64,000 nt of DNA from Utricularia gibba. Lineage: Eukaryota; Plantae; Magnoliophyta. Position numbers and translations under genes: made by a program. Below the pieces are notes generated by a model, which searched no databases, was not told the DNA's origin, and worked only from the letters and a program-made list of their open reading frames with translations. Below, one piece after another: positions 11,905 to 27,228 of the stretch. The stretch spans positions 4,154,001 through 4,218,000 of the forward strand of contig CM007990.1 in the NCBI GenBank assembly GCA_002189035.1. Direction: 5' to 3'. Each line of letters opens with the position of its first letter. Positions within the stretch are counted from its first letter, which is position 1.

Positions 11905-13548
11905 CTAAGCTCTGAGCTTCCCGCTAACCCTACGTTTTCCATGCCACCCGATTTTGCTGCTGCTCATCTGGTTCTTGTTTGCAGCAACTGCGCATTTTTC
12001 ATCTTGGCTACCTGTGCCGCTCACCTGCTCCTGGAACTTGCGTCGTCTCATTTTGTTTTCTAGCCTCATGCCCCTCAGACTTCGTATCCGCTGCTCAATC
12101 TCCAGAGCTTGGGAGAAATTCCAAATCCTCACAACGCCTTCTTCACCACCGCTGACGATCCGATCCAATCCGATGGCGATGGAGAGCAAGTTGGGTCCAA
12201 AGCCATGGAGCATTCTCTGTGGGGGTTCAGCATGATTTGGATCCAAAGGGTAGGTGCTGTGAGGTTTTCCAGCACAAGGGCTCTTCATTGACTTCAATAG
12301 CTGCCGGACGTCGATGAGTGAAATCTTGCCGTCATTGGAAGCTGAAACAAGCCAGGGGAACTCGAATGCCAGAGAATTGACCTGCGCTGTGTGGGGGATC
12401 CAGGATGCAATCCTCTTAAAATTGCATTTGAGGTTTCTGGTCATTTCAAACATGTGTATGGAGCCATCTTCTCCTCCGGTAAACAGGAGCTTTCCAGTGT
12501 GGCTGCGAGCCAAGGAATACGCATTACCATCGTGAATTTTGCTTGCAACACTAAGCAGGTTTCCGGTATCAGTTTCCCAGATGTACAAAGATGATCCTGC
12601 TGTGCTTGCAACGCTAGTATCATGCGGGACAAGACTCCAGACCCAGTCATTGTGCATCAAAACCTTCAAGCATTTCAACAGATACCGGTCCCAGACACGA
12701 ACTGTCATGTCCCAAGAACCACTGTACATCCTACTGGAATCCAGAGCAAGGCAACTGATGGGGCCTTGGTGCTCCCAGACCCTAAATTCCATGCTCCGAT
12801 TAGGAGGTGCCGCAAGGTCAAACAGGTGAGGGTTTGCTTCATCTACCTTCCAACCATGTATGAACCCGTCTGTACCCCCAGCAATCAAAAGCCTTGAGTC
12901 AGCTGTAACCGCACGAATTGTGCAACCAAGTGCTCGTGACGATGCTATTGACAAGCCTTCTTCCAAGTCCCACATTCTCACCACCTGATCATACCCTGAG
13001 CTAAACACCAACTTTTTAGAAGCCAACACAAATATGGTCCTCACAGGCTCTTTGTGGCCATACAGAGTATCGATGCTGTAGCGTCCCATAAATGTCCTGC
13101 TCCGGGACTCCCTCTCAACGAAGAGGTCCCTCCATGATTTCTCCTTTGAACACTCCGGCTCCAGACAAGTCGATGCCACTGGGTGGCCCCATCTCTCATA
13201 GTAAAACTCCTTCCACACATGATGCTCTATGGCAAGTCTGTGCAAGGATGCACTAACACAGGACACGATTCCAAGCTCCTTTGGATCCAGAAAATTAAAG
13301 ATTTCCGATATAAGCACTGAAGGGAGGTCAGCAAATGCTCGGTTACAGTTTTTCAAGGGATCAATAGAATTTTTTTCAAGCTTGGCATTCGGTCTTGATA
13401 CAGCTGCAGCGCCAAGTTTTTCAAGTTCTTGGCAGTTCTTGAGGACAAGTCGGTCAGAGTCGGACAACGGGTTTTGATCTCTACTCGGTGAATCTACTGA
13501 CGAGTCTTTGAATACAAGTTTCGTATCCCCTCGGCATTCAAATGCCAT
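11905..13548 (-). CDS. FBX2: Intronless F-box/WD40 protein (FBX2/At5g21040-like), 547 aa
   Basis: F-box (DLPSVLISEIFNFLDPKELGIVSCVS), multiple WD40 repeats (SGSWDMTVRVWD, SGGEEGVVRIWN) and a C-terminal LEIEQRIRSLRGMRLENKMRRRK motif. First ATG at 13548. Confidence 0.88.
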   Translation of the reverse strand: MAFECRGDTKLVFKDSSVDSPSRDQNPLSDSDRLVLKNCQELEKLGAAAVSRPNAKLEKNSIDPLKNCNRAFADLPSVLISEIFNFLDPKELGIVSCVSASLHRLAIEHHVWKEFYYERWGHPVASTCLEPECSKEKSWRDLFVERESRSRTFMGRYSIDTLYGHKEPVRTIFVLASKKLVFSSGYDQVVRMWDLEEGLSIASSRALGCTIRAVTADSRLLIAGGTDGFIHGWKVDEANPHLFDLAAPPNRSMEFRVWEHQGPISCLALDSSRMYSGSWDMTVRVWDRYLLKCLKVLMHNDWVWSLVPHDTSVASTAGSSLYIWETDTGNLLSVASKIHDGNAYSLARSHTGKLLFTGGEDGSIHMFEMTRNLKCNFKRIASWIPHTAQVNSLAFEFPWLVSASNDGKISLIDVRQLLKSMKSPCAGKPHSTYPLDPNHAEPPQRMLHGFGPNLLSIAIGLDRIVSGGEEGVVRIWNFSQALEIEQRIRSLRGMRLENKMRRRKFQEQVSGTGSQDEKCAVAANKNQMSSSKIGWHGKRRVSGKLRA

Positions 13549-14818
13549 AAAATTCTCTCTCCTGATTTTTTCAGAAGAACCAGCTGCAGACGTCTTCAAA
13601 AACCAGGCCTTCACCCAGGAAAACAGAATAATTTCCAATAATCCCAATCAACAATAAAAAATCAGTAACAAAGAAGCACACCCACCCTCGAAACCCTAAT
13701 TAACTCAAACCCAGAATCGCTGATAACAGCAAACAATCCGAATGGGTCACCTGAATAAAGGATCAATTGCACGAACCGCAAAAAGAAATCCCCCAAAAAA
13801 TCGAACTGCTCAGGGAAAACAAAACGAAAATATACGACTAATGAACAAAGTGGGTGCGTGTGAAGGACTGAGGGGATTTCCACACGTAGTATTAAAATCA
13901 AAAGAGCGTCCTCCTAGGGATTCAAGGAAATGTAAAGAACTGGAGGAACTCTGCTCCGGATTTCTAACAAAATTTCCACTTTGTGGAAAATAGTATCGGA
14001 GAAGCCTAGGGCTCAAGAAAAAACTGGTCGGTTCGTTTTTCTATTTATTGCGCAACAGCCTCACAATTATCCACTATTTACAAAGCATGCCCCTGGCTCA
14101 CAATTCACGAGCATTATTAAAAAAATCAAAATTTTGGAAAAAAGAGAAAAAAAAATTAGAAATTTAGAAAATTACAATAAAAATGTTAAGTTTCCATCAA
14201 TATAAATAGTTTAATCTTTAAATTTCAAAATTAAAAAAAAACACTTAAAGTTGTCAAAACCATGTAATGAATATCTAAACAATTCATAAAATTTTTTAAA
14301 AATGAATCGATTCACGATAAAAGTTTTCAAAATTTTTAAAAATTGAAATGATTCATAACACCATGAATCGGCTCTAATTTCAAATGAAATGAAATTTTGT
14401 GTTAGAGCTTTTCACATTTACGCCTAAAGTTCGACGAATCGGATAATACCTTTGTTAAAGTTATATCATATTCATGTTTCATATGATTTAAAATAATAAT
14501 AATAATATTGTTTTTGTGTTCATATCTCATATGATGCACCGTTATAACGAAGTTAAAATAAAAAATAATTAGTTTTGATAACATAAGTGGATAAATACAT
14601 AATTTTATAAATTCGAAAATAAACTGTTTACAAAAATTAAGTTGAGAGATTAATGGCATAATTTTGAAACTTGATAATCAAATTTTTTATATAATTATAA
14701 CTTAGAGTGACATCTATAAACTCCACTATTTTAAAATTATAAAAATAACATACTCTATTTTAAATTAAAATTTTATAATTATAAAAATTATAGATATATA
14801 AAGATAAATAGATATGGA

Positions 14819-14822
<4 letters not shown>

Positions 14823-14854
<32 letters not shown>
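14823..14854. repeat. (TA)16 microsatellite
   Basis: Direct reading. Confidence 0.9.
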
Positions 14855-14855
<1 letters not shown>

Positions 14856-15255
14856 TCATTGAAATTAACATATACGTATAAATTCTAAATCTATATGTAT
14901 ATATCATATATATTATGTAAATATATGTACGTAATATTTGTGTATGTATATTTATATTTTGAATTAAATTAATATTAGAATTATTAATTATATATATTAA
15001 TAAAATTTATTTTTTTAATAATTAATTCTATATTAATAAAATAATATTATTAGTAAATTTAATTTAACTGTAAGAATCAAATATACCGAATCATTAAATT
15101 GTTTGAGTTAAATATGTCAAAATCAAAACTTTATCGGATCAAATATATCATTATTAGATGAATGTACTTTATAATATTAAAAATTTATAGATCAAATATA
15201 TCAATTCACAAAATTTATGAATCAAATATGATCATTTACTAAACTGCATGAGGTT

Positions 15256-15375
15256 ATTATACCTTGTTATGTAAATATTCTGGGGCCATTATATTCCAAA
15301 CCCTTAACTTAGCCCATTATACCCTGTTATGGAAATATTCTGGGCCCATTGTATCCCAAACCCTTGATTTTTAGG
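15256..15375. repeat. Two tandem 60-bp copies in the proximal GAMYB promoter
   Basis: ATTATACC(T/C)TGTTATG(T/G)AAATATTCTGGG(G/C)CCATT(A/G)TAT(T/C)CCAAACCCTT begins at 15256 and at 15316. Confidence 0.9.
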
Positions 15376-15449
15376 TCAAAGATGTAATTATCTCAATAAT
15401 TTAGTTCATCCTCTAACTTGCATTGAACGAAGATTGGTATGATCAGGAA

Positions 15450-17218
15450 ATGTGTTTGAATAGAAAAGGTGATGAGGCAATGTTGCCCCATGAGAGCATT
15501 GATTCACCATCTGCGGATGATGACGACAGCGGTGTAAACGGAGGATCCAACAGTCCGGTGAAGAAAGGCCCCTGGACTCCAAGAGAAGATGAGATTTTAG
15601 TTGATTATGTTAACAAGCATGGAGAAGGGAACTGGAATGCAGTGCAGAAGCATACTGGTCTCTCTCGCTGTGGAAAGAGTTGTCGATTGAGGTGGGCCAA
15701 TCACCTTAGACCAGACCTCAAGAAAGGGCCATTTTCTGAGGAGGAGGAGCGCCTAATACTCGAGCTCCACGCAAAGATGGGAAATAAATGGGCACGAATG
15801 GCGGCCGAGGTGGGAATGTTTGTATTCTATATATCCATGGATGCTCTATTAGCACTCGAATTCCATTGAATTGCAATTGTCTGCAAATATTGAGATGTGA
15901 ACTCTCTTTTCCAAAATATGCCTGCTTTTTCTTTCAGCCCTTTTGTTCCTAGACTGAAATTGGTAGTCATTGTTTCTTGTGTTTGCGCTAATTATCAAAT
16001 GAAACAAGTGTTCCTTTTCTCTGGCCCTCGTTTTCTTTTTCTCATGTTTCGTTTGCTCTTTCTTGTTTAGTTGCCCGGGCGCACTGATAATGAGATAAAG
16101 AACTTTTGGAATACTAGGATCAAAAGAAGACAGAGAGCTGGCTTGCGAATCTACCCGGAGGATGTCTGCGCAGAATTTAGGAATGAGAATCAAGGTGATG
16201 AGATAGATTCCCATTCAACTGGACAAGAGTATCCTTCAGAGGTTGCGGCATTCGAAGGCTTTGAGATACCAACTGTTGAATTCCACAGTCTCAGTCAACC
16301 CCTATATTCTTCAAAACTTATTTCCTCTATCAAGATTCCAGAAATTCCAGCAAGACTTATTTTTGGTCAAGGCCGTCAGCCTTGTTATGGTGACAGATCT
16401 GTGTGCTCGACCCTTCATTTGTCCAAGCCTCCTCCTGTGCCCGAATTGCTTTACAGCAATCATAATAATCCTACATTTGGCTCTTTCACAGGTGTGAATA
16501 ATCTCACCGGGATGGTTGTTTGGAGATTGGTCAGCCTCTTGGCTTCTCATCTTTCTATGATCATGACTCTGTTTCAGATCAGGCGATCTCCCCAAACCTA
16601 TTCCCTGACGATCATACCATGTTAACCGATACCTCTGAGCTCCCTTCACTCCAAAATCAGGTTGGTGGTTGGGGCATACCCACACCCTCATTCCCAATGC
16701 CTGTGTTTCACGATACTTCAATCCAAACTACTCAAGTTGAGAACACATGCATGTTTCCACCGCCAAACAGTGGCCTCTTGGATGATGTCATTCATGAATT
16801 AGAAGCTAACTTCAATACCAATACCTTCCTCTCCCCTGGGACTTCTTATGACCCTACATTGGTAGCTCATATGGTGAATGATTCAAATCAAAATGCCCAT
16901 GAGAATGTCTGTGGGTACGATATGGTGTCTCCTGTTGGACTTTCATCTCCATCTGCTTTATATGATAGCTCTCCGTTTAGTATCAACTCATTTGAGGAAC
17001 CAAAAGATGCAAATGTATTCCAGGTTTCCACATTCTCCCCTCTCTGTCATAGTATTGGTCAATGCTTTTGATTGTTTGCTCATTTCTGACATCCGCTTCT
17101 TTGTTGCTTGGAACAGGTGATCACCCCACCCCTTCTTTCTCCTAATGGTATCTTTCAAGAAGAAACAAGAGATGCAGGTAGTAATGCGAATTCGACCATG
17201 ACAAGATCTGCCTGGTGA
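15450..17218 (+). CDS. R2R3-MYB, GAMYB-like (MYB33/MYB65 clade); internal frameshift near 16500; 3' end uncertain
   Basis: [46 protein letters not shown], spliced to [25 protein letters not shown], and the ELPSLQ motif encoded by the miR159 site. Confidence 0.85.
16635..16655 (+). promoter_or_regulatory. miR159 target site
   Basis: CTGAGCTCCCTTCACTCCAAA versus the complement of miR159a (TAGAGCTCCCTTCAATCCAAA): 18/21 match, encoding ELPSLQ as in GAMYB genes. Confidence 0.92.
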
Positions 17219-17817
17219 CTCTTCTCACCTCTTAACCTATCTCCATCTGTTTTGGCCATCCTAAACACCCAAGGACGACTTTTCTTTACAAGAATGTCTA
17301 TCCATGATCGAGCTTAGACTTGAAGCGAATGGAATCAGCAGCAACAGTGCCGGCTCCAGGTCACCACTGCCACGGTTGTTGCGCCTGCAATGTTGCATAA
17401 TTAGATTCTGCCTAGCCAGTTAGCAAGCTCAAGCTGAGCATGCAACTTGATGAGTTCTCTTCTACATTTTGTTGTGCTAATGTCTGCTTGATGTTCGGTT
17501 CCGAAGCATTGTGCGAATGACTGTGGTTCTTGTTCTCTATACTATAATCTGTAGTGGGAACCAAAAAGAGTTAAACAAGCGGGGGGTGTTTTCTTTTTAC
17601 TCATTTTTTATGTAGGCTGGAACAACTATGGCAATAAAAAAAGCCACAACAAAATCGAGGTATACAGAAGCCTTTTCCAGACGTGTGGACTCACATACAT
17701 AAGGCATGTTACTTCCACATGAAGGTGTTAACGTATATAGTGTATATGTCAGGCATTTCTCTCGCCATTCCTCCATGCATACAGTGAAAACACTGGAGAT
17801 GATCTCATCTGTCTTTC

Positions 17818-20546
<2,729 letters not shown>

Positions 20547-21763
20547 CCCCCAAACCTCGGCCCCGCTCAACCCTATCAAAGAAGCTTCTATTTGAAGACT
20601 ACGCCAATATCCTTCCCCTCCTCAGACACATCAACAGAATTAAAAAGAGAAAAAGGAAAGAGGTTCCGCTCCCTGATGCTGACGCTCCTGCCGCGGCGGA
20701 ATACTACGGTGGCGAATGCCCTCCGCCGACTATATGGCCTGAACCCTATAGCCGTAGAATAATACTTTTTTTAATAGTCTATTGGCGTAGATATTAACAG
20801 TAGAAAAACATAATTATTAATTACGCCGTGCTTCCTTTACTTAAGCTTTATTATTACATTAGTGATGCTTCTTATAACAGCACAAGAACGCAATTAGGGC
20901 ACGTTGTGGAACCACATTACACACGTGTTACTTAAATATTGGTAAAAATAATATGTATGCATTTTAAAAAATCAAGAAGATGATACATAGAGTTTCTATA
21001 ATATTTCCCGTGTTTAATAAGATAGTTTAATTAATTATATATTTGAATTATTTGTATTCAAATAAAAATATATCATATGAATAAAAACGAAATTCTATTT
21101 AATATATATTTTACAATTATACATTTAAAATAATATTATATTTGATAAGTATATTTAGTATATATAAATAAATAAAATTAAAACTTGTTTAATTAAAAAA
21201 TTCACATGAAAAAGTATTATGCGAGTGTTTTGTAAATCATATATGCATTGAAAAATATATCTATAAAATAGATTAATTTTCATTAAATGCATGTATATGA
21301 GTTATCAGTACAAAGAGATCTATTAACCATGATATTATAATTTTTATCAGTGAAACTAAATTTTTGGCTTTATTATTATTAAGAATTTTTAATTTAAATC
21401 GATAATTTAATTTAAAATTTATTTTAAACAAATTTAATCTTTAACACCTATTTATTGAAACACAATAAAAAGTACAGTTTGTATTAAATAAACTTATTAT
21501 CCAATTTAAACGCCTAAATATTTAAATTGTATTTTATTTTAAATAACTTAAATAGATAATAAAAAAGACATAAAAAAATGCAGTGGCGTAATTATGGAAT
21601 TGTATACAAAATTGCTTAACGTTAATCAACCAGCTGGGGCCATCATTAGCATAGCAATTTTTTTAGCCGAGGCTCCCGACCATCTTCCTCCCGTCCCACC
21701 GGCTTTGTATTGGGTAAATCAACCAGTGGATGCTTCAGGAATTTCAGTAGCTTGGAGTGAAAA

Positions 21764-23621
21764 ATGGTGGGAGGAGACTATATTTCCCTCAAAATCCTAT
21801 TAATTGTTTTGTGTGCTTCGGCGGCTGCTGTCGAGTGCGGGGTAGGGGTAAACTGGGGTACGGTGGCCCTTCACCGTCTGTCGCCGAAGACGGTGGTGGA
21901 TCTTTTGAAGGAAAACGGGATTAACAAGGTGAAGCTGTTTGATACTGACCCGGATGTTTTAATGGCGTTGATGGGCAGTGGGATTGAAACCATGGTTGGA
22001 ATTCCTAATGAGATGCTGGCGACGCTCAGCAGCTCCACTGCCGCTGCTGATTCCTGGGTTTCTCAGAATGTTTCAAGATATATTGTCAAGGGAGGTGTTG
22101 ACATCAAGTATGATTCTTTCTTTCTAATTTTGTGTTTCTTCGTGGAGCTCCCTTTTTTTTTGTGTGTGTGTATTCACCGGAGAGGGTAAGGGTTTATTGC
22201 CTTTCACTTTGATGTGACATGTTCGCAAGAGGGGTTTTTGATTTTCATGTGACTGAATCCATACTTGATTCGAGTCCTTCGAGTTGTTAAGCTTTTTCTT
22301 AGGGAGCCATCTGGTTTCATTCTAGTCACTTAGCTTGGATTTAGCTGCATTAGGAGAGCAACAACCGAGTCTTTTTAGACCGCAGTTTGAGTTTTCTTGT
22401 TAGGGAGATTTCTGATTTCCTTGATATTGAATCCACACTTGTTTCAAGTCTTATTCTGCTTGAATTTTCTGGGTAATGCAGATATATTGCAGTGGGAAAC
22501 GAACCATTTCTATCAAGTTTTTCTGGTCAGTTCCAATCCTACGTTCTTCCTGCTTTGATGAACTTACAGCAGTCTTTGTCCAAGGGTAATCTTGCTGGAC
22601 TTGTGAAGCTTGTTGTACCGTGCAATGCTGATGCCTACCAATCTTCACTGCCATCCCAGGGAGCTTTCCGGCCTGACTTGACTCAGCTCATGACACAGAT
22701 CGTTACCTTCCTCAACTCTAATGGTTCACCCTTTGTAGTGAACATATACCCATTCCTAAGTCTGTATGGCAGTTCAGATTTCCCTCAAGACTATGCATTC
22801 TTCGAAGGCTCCACGCACTCGGTTACGGATGGACCAAACATCTACTCCAACGCATTTGATGGAAATTTCGACACACTGGTTGCTGCACTCTCAAAACTCG
22901 GCTTCCCCAAATGCCAATAGTCATAGGGGAGGTTGGATGGCCGACTGATGGGGCGTTCAGTGCCAATATAAGTGCTGCAAGGGCTTTCAACCAGGGACTC
23001 ATAAACCATGTTCTAAGCAACGCGGGAACCCCTCTAAGACCAGGTGTGCCTCCTGCGGATGTGTACCTGTTCAGTCTCCTAGATGAAGGTTCAAAAAATG
23101 TGCTCCCTGGTAACTTTGAGCGGCACTGGGGCATATTCTCATTCGATGGGCAGGCCAAGTATCCACTGAATCTCGGAAAGGGGGTGCTAAAGAATGCCAA
23201 GAAAGTTGAATACCTCCCTTCCAGATGGTGTGTGGCGAATCCTACTCGAGATCTGTCTGCCGTGGGCAACCACTATAGGCTTGCTTGTTCTTATGCAGAC
23301 TGCACCACGCTCAGCTATGGAGGATCCTGCAACGGAATCGGGGAGAAGGGAAACATATCCTACGCATTCAACAGCTACTACCAGTCCCAGAAGCAGAATC
23401 CTCAGAGCTGTGAGTTTGATGGACTTGGGATGGTGACTTTTTTGGATCCTTCAGTTGGTGATTGCAGGTTTCTTGTTGGGGTCAAAGACATGGCTTCTTC
23501 TTCTTCTTCTTCTTCTTCTTCCTCCTCTTCCTCCTCCTCCTCGTCTTCATCATCACCTTCCTTGTGGTTGAGTGGTTACAGCATGCTAACCTTGATAGCC
23601 CTCTCCTTGTTTCTCATTTGA
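21764..23621 (+). CDS. GH17 glucan endo-1,3-beta-glucosidase with X8 (CBM43) domain and probable GPI-anchor signal; apparent 1-nt deletion at ~22907
   Basis: Signal peptide, GVNWGT, AVGNEPFL, IVIGEVGWPTDG, YLFSLLDE, FERHWGIF and X8 (WCVANP...CSYADCT), then poly-Ser and a hydrophobic tail. Confidence 0.93.
23495..23555 (+). repeat. Coding (TCT)n/(TCC)n microsatellite giving a poly-Ser linker before the GPI signal
   Basis: About 20 consecutive Ser codons. Confidence 0.9.
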
Positions 23622-23858
23622 GCAAGGAGGAGCAGCATACACACAGAGAGATGTGGAGACCCATAGCCTTGAAAGTACAGGAGGATACATGACACAATAC
23701 TGGCTGTTGGTCTTCTTGACATGGTCGTACATGATGTGATACGTGCACTTTGGACACCCATTTTATTAATTTCATTAGCATACTACTAAATGTTTTATAC
23801 TACGGAAAAAAACCAGTATCTTGTGTATTGTGTTTTGAAACATCGGTTTTGACTCAAC

Positions 23859-24394
23859 TAGTGATGTTCGTGGATTGGGTTCAGTAGGGTACTAGTTCTT
23901 ATTCTTATTCAAGCTGATTAAAATTTATCGATAAATTGATTTTTATCTAGATTGTCAATTTCTATTCTCAATTGATATTGGTCTAATTTTTAATCGGTTT
24001 CGGTTTGACCATAATTGACTATATTTTTTATTTACATTTTAGATTTTAAATATTAATTATTACAAATATTAATTATATTTTATTTTTTAGTATATAAATG
24101 ATAATTTTATATTATTAATTTTAAATACTATATATTTATTCATAAAAATATAGTATATTACATAATTAATATTATTTAAAAAATTATTTATATAAAAATA
24201 AAAAATAATCAATTCACATTGAAATAAACAATTCATAATAATTTGAAATACAAATCTAAATCATCTGTAATCAATTCTTATAATTTTTTATTCATATTCG
24301 AACTAATTATTATCAATTTTAATTTATCGACTCTTAAACAAATTCAATTTTAATCGATTTCGGTTAATATACTATCCATGAATATCCATCCCTA
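23859..24394. mobile_element. hAT-superfamily MITE (536 bp, older copy)
   Basis: Imperfect TIRs TAGTGATGTTCGTGGAT and TAGGGATGGATATTCATGGAT (reverse complement). 8-bp TSD GACTCAAC (23851-58) / AACTCAAC (24395-402). Subterminal TCGGTT motifs. Confidence 0.7.
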
Positions 24395-25005
24395 AACTCA
24401 ACCAATGTTCAATCACATTGTCGGGTTTAACCGATCACACAGAGAGTGATTTGAAATGCTTCTATTACAAATCCATGATTTTTTTTTTTTTCATTCGCAA
24501 AAAATCTCTCCAAATTCTATTCTGTGAAATGCTTATTAAATCATATATATATATATATATATATCCGCAACCAAACGGCACACACGGGAAGGTTTCTTCT
24601 GGTAAAGCTCACTCTGCTGCATCTGTCCTCTTTTCCCGTCATCTGTTTTTTTTTTTTTTCGCCTTTTATGGGCTTTTGATCGATTATTCGGTTTTCTTGA
24701 ATGGGTGGTGAATTCCCTGTTTCAAAATTGCTGCAATTAGAGATTTTGGATTTGGATTCATAAATTACGCTGGTGGAATGGGAACGGACTAGTTTCTTCG
24801 TCTGGGACTTAAAGATTCTATTTTACCTCTTTCAGTCAACTATTTGGTAACTGGGTACTTGTGAATTTGTTGTAGCTGGTTGCCCAAATGTAACTGCTTT
24901 GTTGACAGCATAGCCGTGGTATGTCGATGGTTGAATGAACAAATTGGGATGATGTTTGTGTTTCTGATCAACAGGTAGAGAAGAGAAGTTTTCTGGCTAA
25001 AAGCA

Positions 25006-25569
25006 ATGGCGGAGGAGAGGAACCTGATTGAAATTCTGGAAGATGGTGTCCCCATAGACATCAACAAGTACATGAAGTTTGTCCATTCCTCACACTGTGG
25101 CGCTACAGCTTCATTTTCAGGCACAACCCGGGACACATTTGAGGGGAAAACCGTCCTGGAGCTGAGATATGAAGCCTACGTTCCTATGGCAATAAGATGC
25201 ATCAACTCCATATGCTCTTCTGCCCGATCACACTGGAAACTTCATGCCATTGCTGTTGCTCATCGCCTTGGTGCAGTTCCCGTGGGGGAAGCGAGTGTGT
25301 TCATAGCCGCATCTTCTGTCCACCGAGTGGATGCCTTGGATGCCTGCAAATTCTTGATTGATGAGCTTAAAGCTTCAGTCCCAATATGGAAGAAGGAAGT
25401 GTACAGCAATGGAGAGGTATGGAAAGAGAATGCGGAGTTTCTAGAGAGAAGGGAAGAGCTCAAGAATCATCCCGTTCCCAAAGGCATCGATGCAGGCGGA
25501 GGTCATGAGAAGAGATGCTGTGCAGGAAAGGTGAAGATGGATGCAGCAGATCTTGGCGCTTCATCATAG
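25006..25569 (+). CDS. CNX6: Molybdopterin synthase catalytic subunit (MoaE/MOCS2B)
   Basis: CGATASFSGTTRDTFEGKTVLELRYEAY, HRLGAVPVGEASV and IDELKASVPIWKKEVY MoaE motifs. Confidence 0.95.
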   Translation: MAEERNLIEILEDGVPIDINKYMKFVHSSHCGATASFSGTTRDTFEGKTVLELRYEAYVPMAIRCINSICSSARSHWKLHAIAVAHRLGAVPVGEASVFIAASSVHRVDALDACKFLIDELKASVPIWKKEVYSNGEVWKENAEFLERREELKNHPVPKGIDAGGGHEKRCCAGKVKMDAADLGASS

Positions 25570-25653
25570 AAGAAGCTCTTCCTTTTTGTTGTATGCTCAA
25601 TGGAGTGTTCGCATTTTAAGCGTTAAGAACGGGATTAAAGAAGAATATTCGAT

Positions 25654-25661
25654 TAGGGTTT
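25654..25661 (+). promoter_or_regulatory. Telo-box upstream of eEF1B
   Basis: TAGGGTTT about 90 bp before the ATG; telo-boxes are typical of plant elongation-factor promoters. Confidence 0.55.
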
Positions 25662-25745
25662 TGTCGGCTCAATATATATACTGGTTTTTTATATCAAGCT
25701 TCATTCACTTACTGCCATCCGCAATCGCCACTGTTTGGAGAGCGA

Positions 25746-27228
25746 ATGGCCGTCACTTTCTCAGATCTGCATACGCCGTCCGGCCTGAAGGCTCTCGATG
25801 GGTATCTCGCCGGAAAAGCCTACATCTCCGGGTGAAGAGCTCCAGGCTTTTTGTTTTTGGTATTCAAGTTCGTTTTGTTTGATTTCGTGGATAATTGATG
25901 GTTTTCTCTGTGCTTGTATTTCCCATTTAGTGATCATCTGACGAAGGATGATGTGAAGGTTTTTGCGGCCATACTGGAGATTCCAGGTGACGATTACCCA
26001 AATATTTCCAAGTGGTATGGGGAGGTTTCCTCAAAGTTGGCTCCAAGGTGTGTTGATTGGTTACCATTTGGAATTAGTTGCTCTTTAACTGCTTTGGGTG
26101 CTAAGCAACTGCTTTACTGGTGTAGATTTCCTGGGAAGGCCGCTGGCGTTAGGATCGGGGGCCATGCAGCCCCTGCCGAGCCTGCGGAAGTTAAGGTAGC
26201 TGTTTCATTTTATCCTTGCATTTTTTCAATTGATGCAGGGTTCTAACATCCTATTATCCTATGCACATTGCTTATGCAATTACAGTTTGATAAAAGTGTC
26301 TTACGATCCCGCATTTAGGTTTATCCTTGATAGTCAAAATTGAAAATGCTCTTTGCTAATGAGCTCTTGGTGGATTTGCTCTGGCCCAAAAAAATTAGCT
26401 CTCTTTTCGTTGATTCCTTTTTATCGGTCAAAATTCGAATTTTCATACCTTGCAATGCAGAAAATGACATGTATTTCAAAACCCTTCAGGAGATATCTAG
26501 TCTTCAGGAAGTCTTGCATTTTTTGTGGAGTGTCTAGGGCTTGGCATGGTTATTGCAGCTGCTTCTCTTCCTTGATTTGTGTACCAGGGTTGCATCTATG
26601 TTACAATGTGCCGTCTGTGTGTCCATGCCGTCATGTACTTACTTGGAGTTCTCTTTCCAGGAACCTGCTGCCGATGATGATGACGACCTTGATCTTTTTG
26701 GTGATGAGACAGAGGAAGATAAGAAAGCTGCTGAGCAGAGGGAGGCTGCAAAGGCTTCCACAAAGAAGAAGGAGAGTAAGTGAAATACACTTTAAGCCAT
26801 CTTCAATTTTTAAGTTCTGCAAATGCCCTGATGTGCTCGCAATTTAAAATAAAATTCATCGAAGGTGGGAAATCATCCGTGCTTATGGATATTAAACCTT
26901 GGGATGATGAAACTGATATGAAGAAGCTGGAGGAGTCTGTTCGTAGTGTGGAAGTTGAAGGCCTTTTTTGGGGAGCATGTATGGTTTCTATGTTCCATCC
27001 TCAAAATTCACTTTCAGGAATTTGGGTTCTACAGCGTGACCAACTAACAACTTTTTCTTTTCAGCAAAATTGGTTCCTGTTGGATATGGAATAAAGAAGC
27101 TGCAGATTATGCTCACAATTGTGGATGATCTCGTCTCAGTCGATGATCTGATAGAGGACCGCCTGACCGCCGAGCCTTGCAATGAATACGTTCAAAGTTG
27201 TGACATTGTCGCCTTCAACAAAATTTGA
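25746..27228 (+). CDS. eEF1Balpha: Elongation factor 1B alpha (EF-1 beta') GEF subunit, 6 exons
   Basis: [52 protein letters not shown] and [10 protein letters not shown]. All six exons splice in frame. Confidence 0.95.

Noticed and set aside
22261-22290. GATTCGAGTCC, similar to a tRNA T-loop (also ATTCGAATCC at ~56005)
   Set aside because: No cloverleaf or A-box can be built around either.
26195-26660. Long eEF1B intron 3 with a GGCATGG/CCATGCC stem, considered as an intronic snoRNA (EF1B genes host snoRNAs in yeast and human)
   Set aside because: No C/D boxes and no convincing H/ACA architecture by eye; a 7-bp stem can arise by chance. An Infernal scan would settle it.
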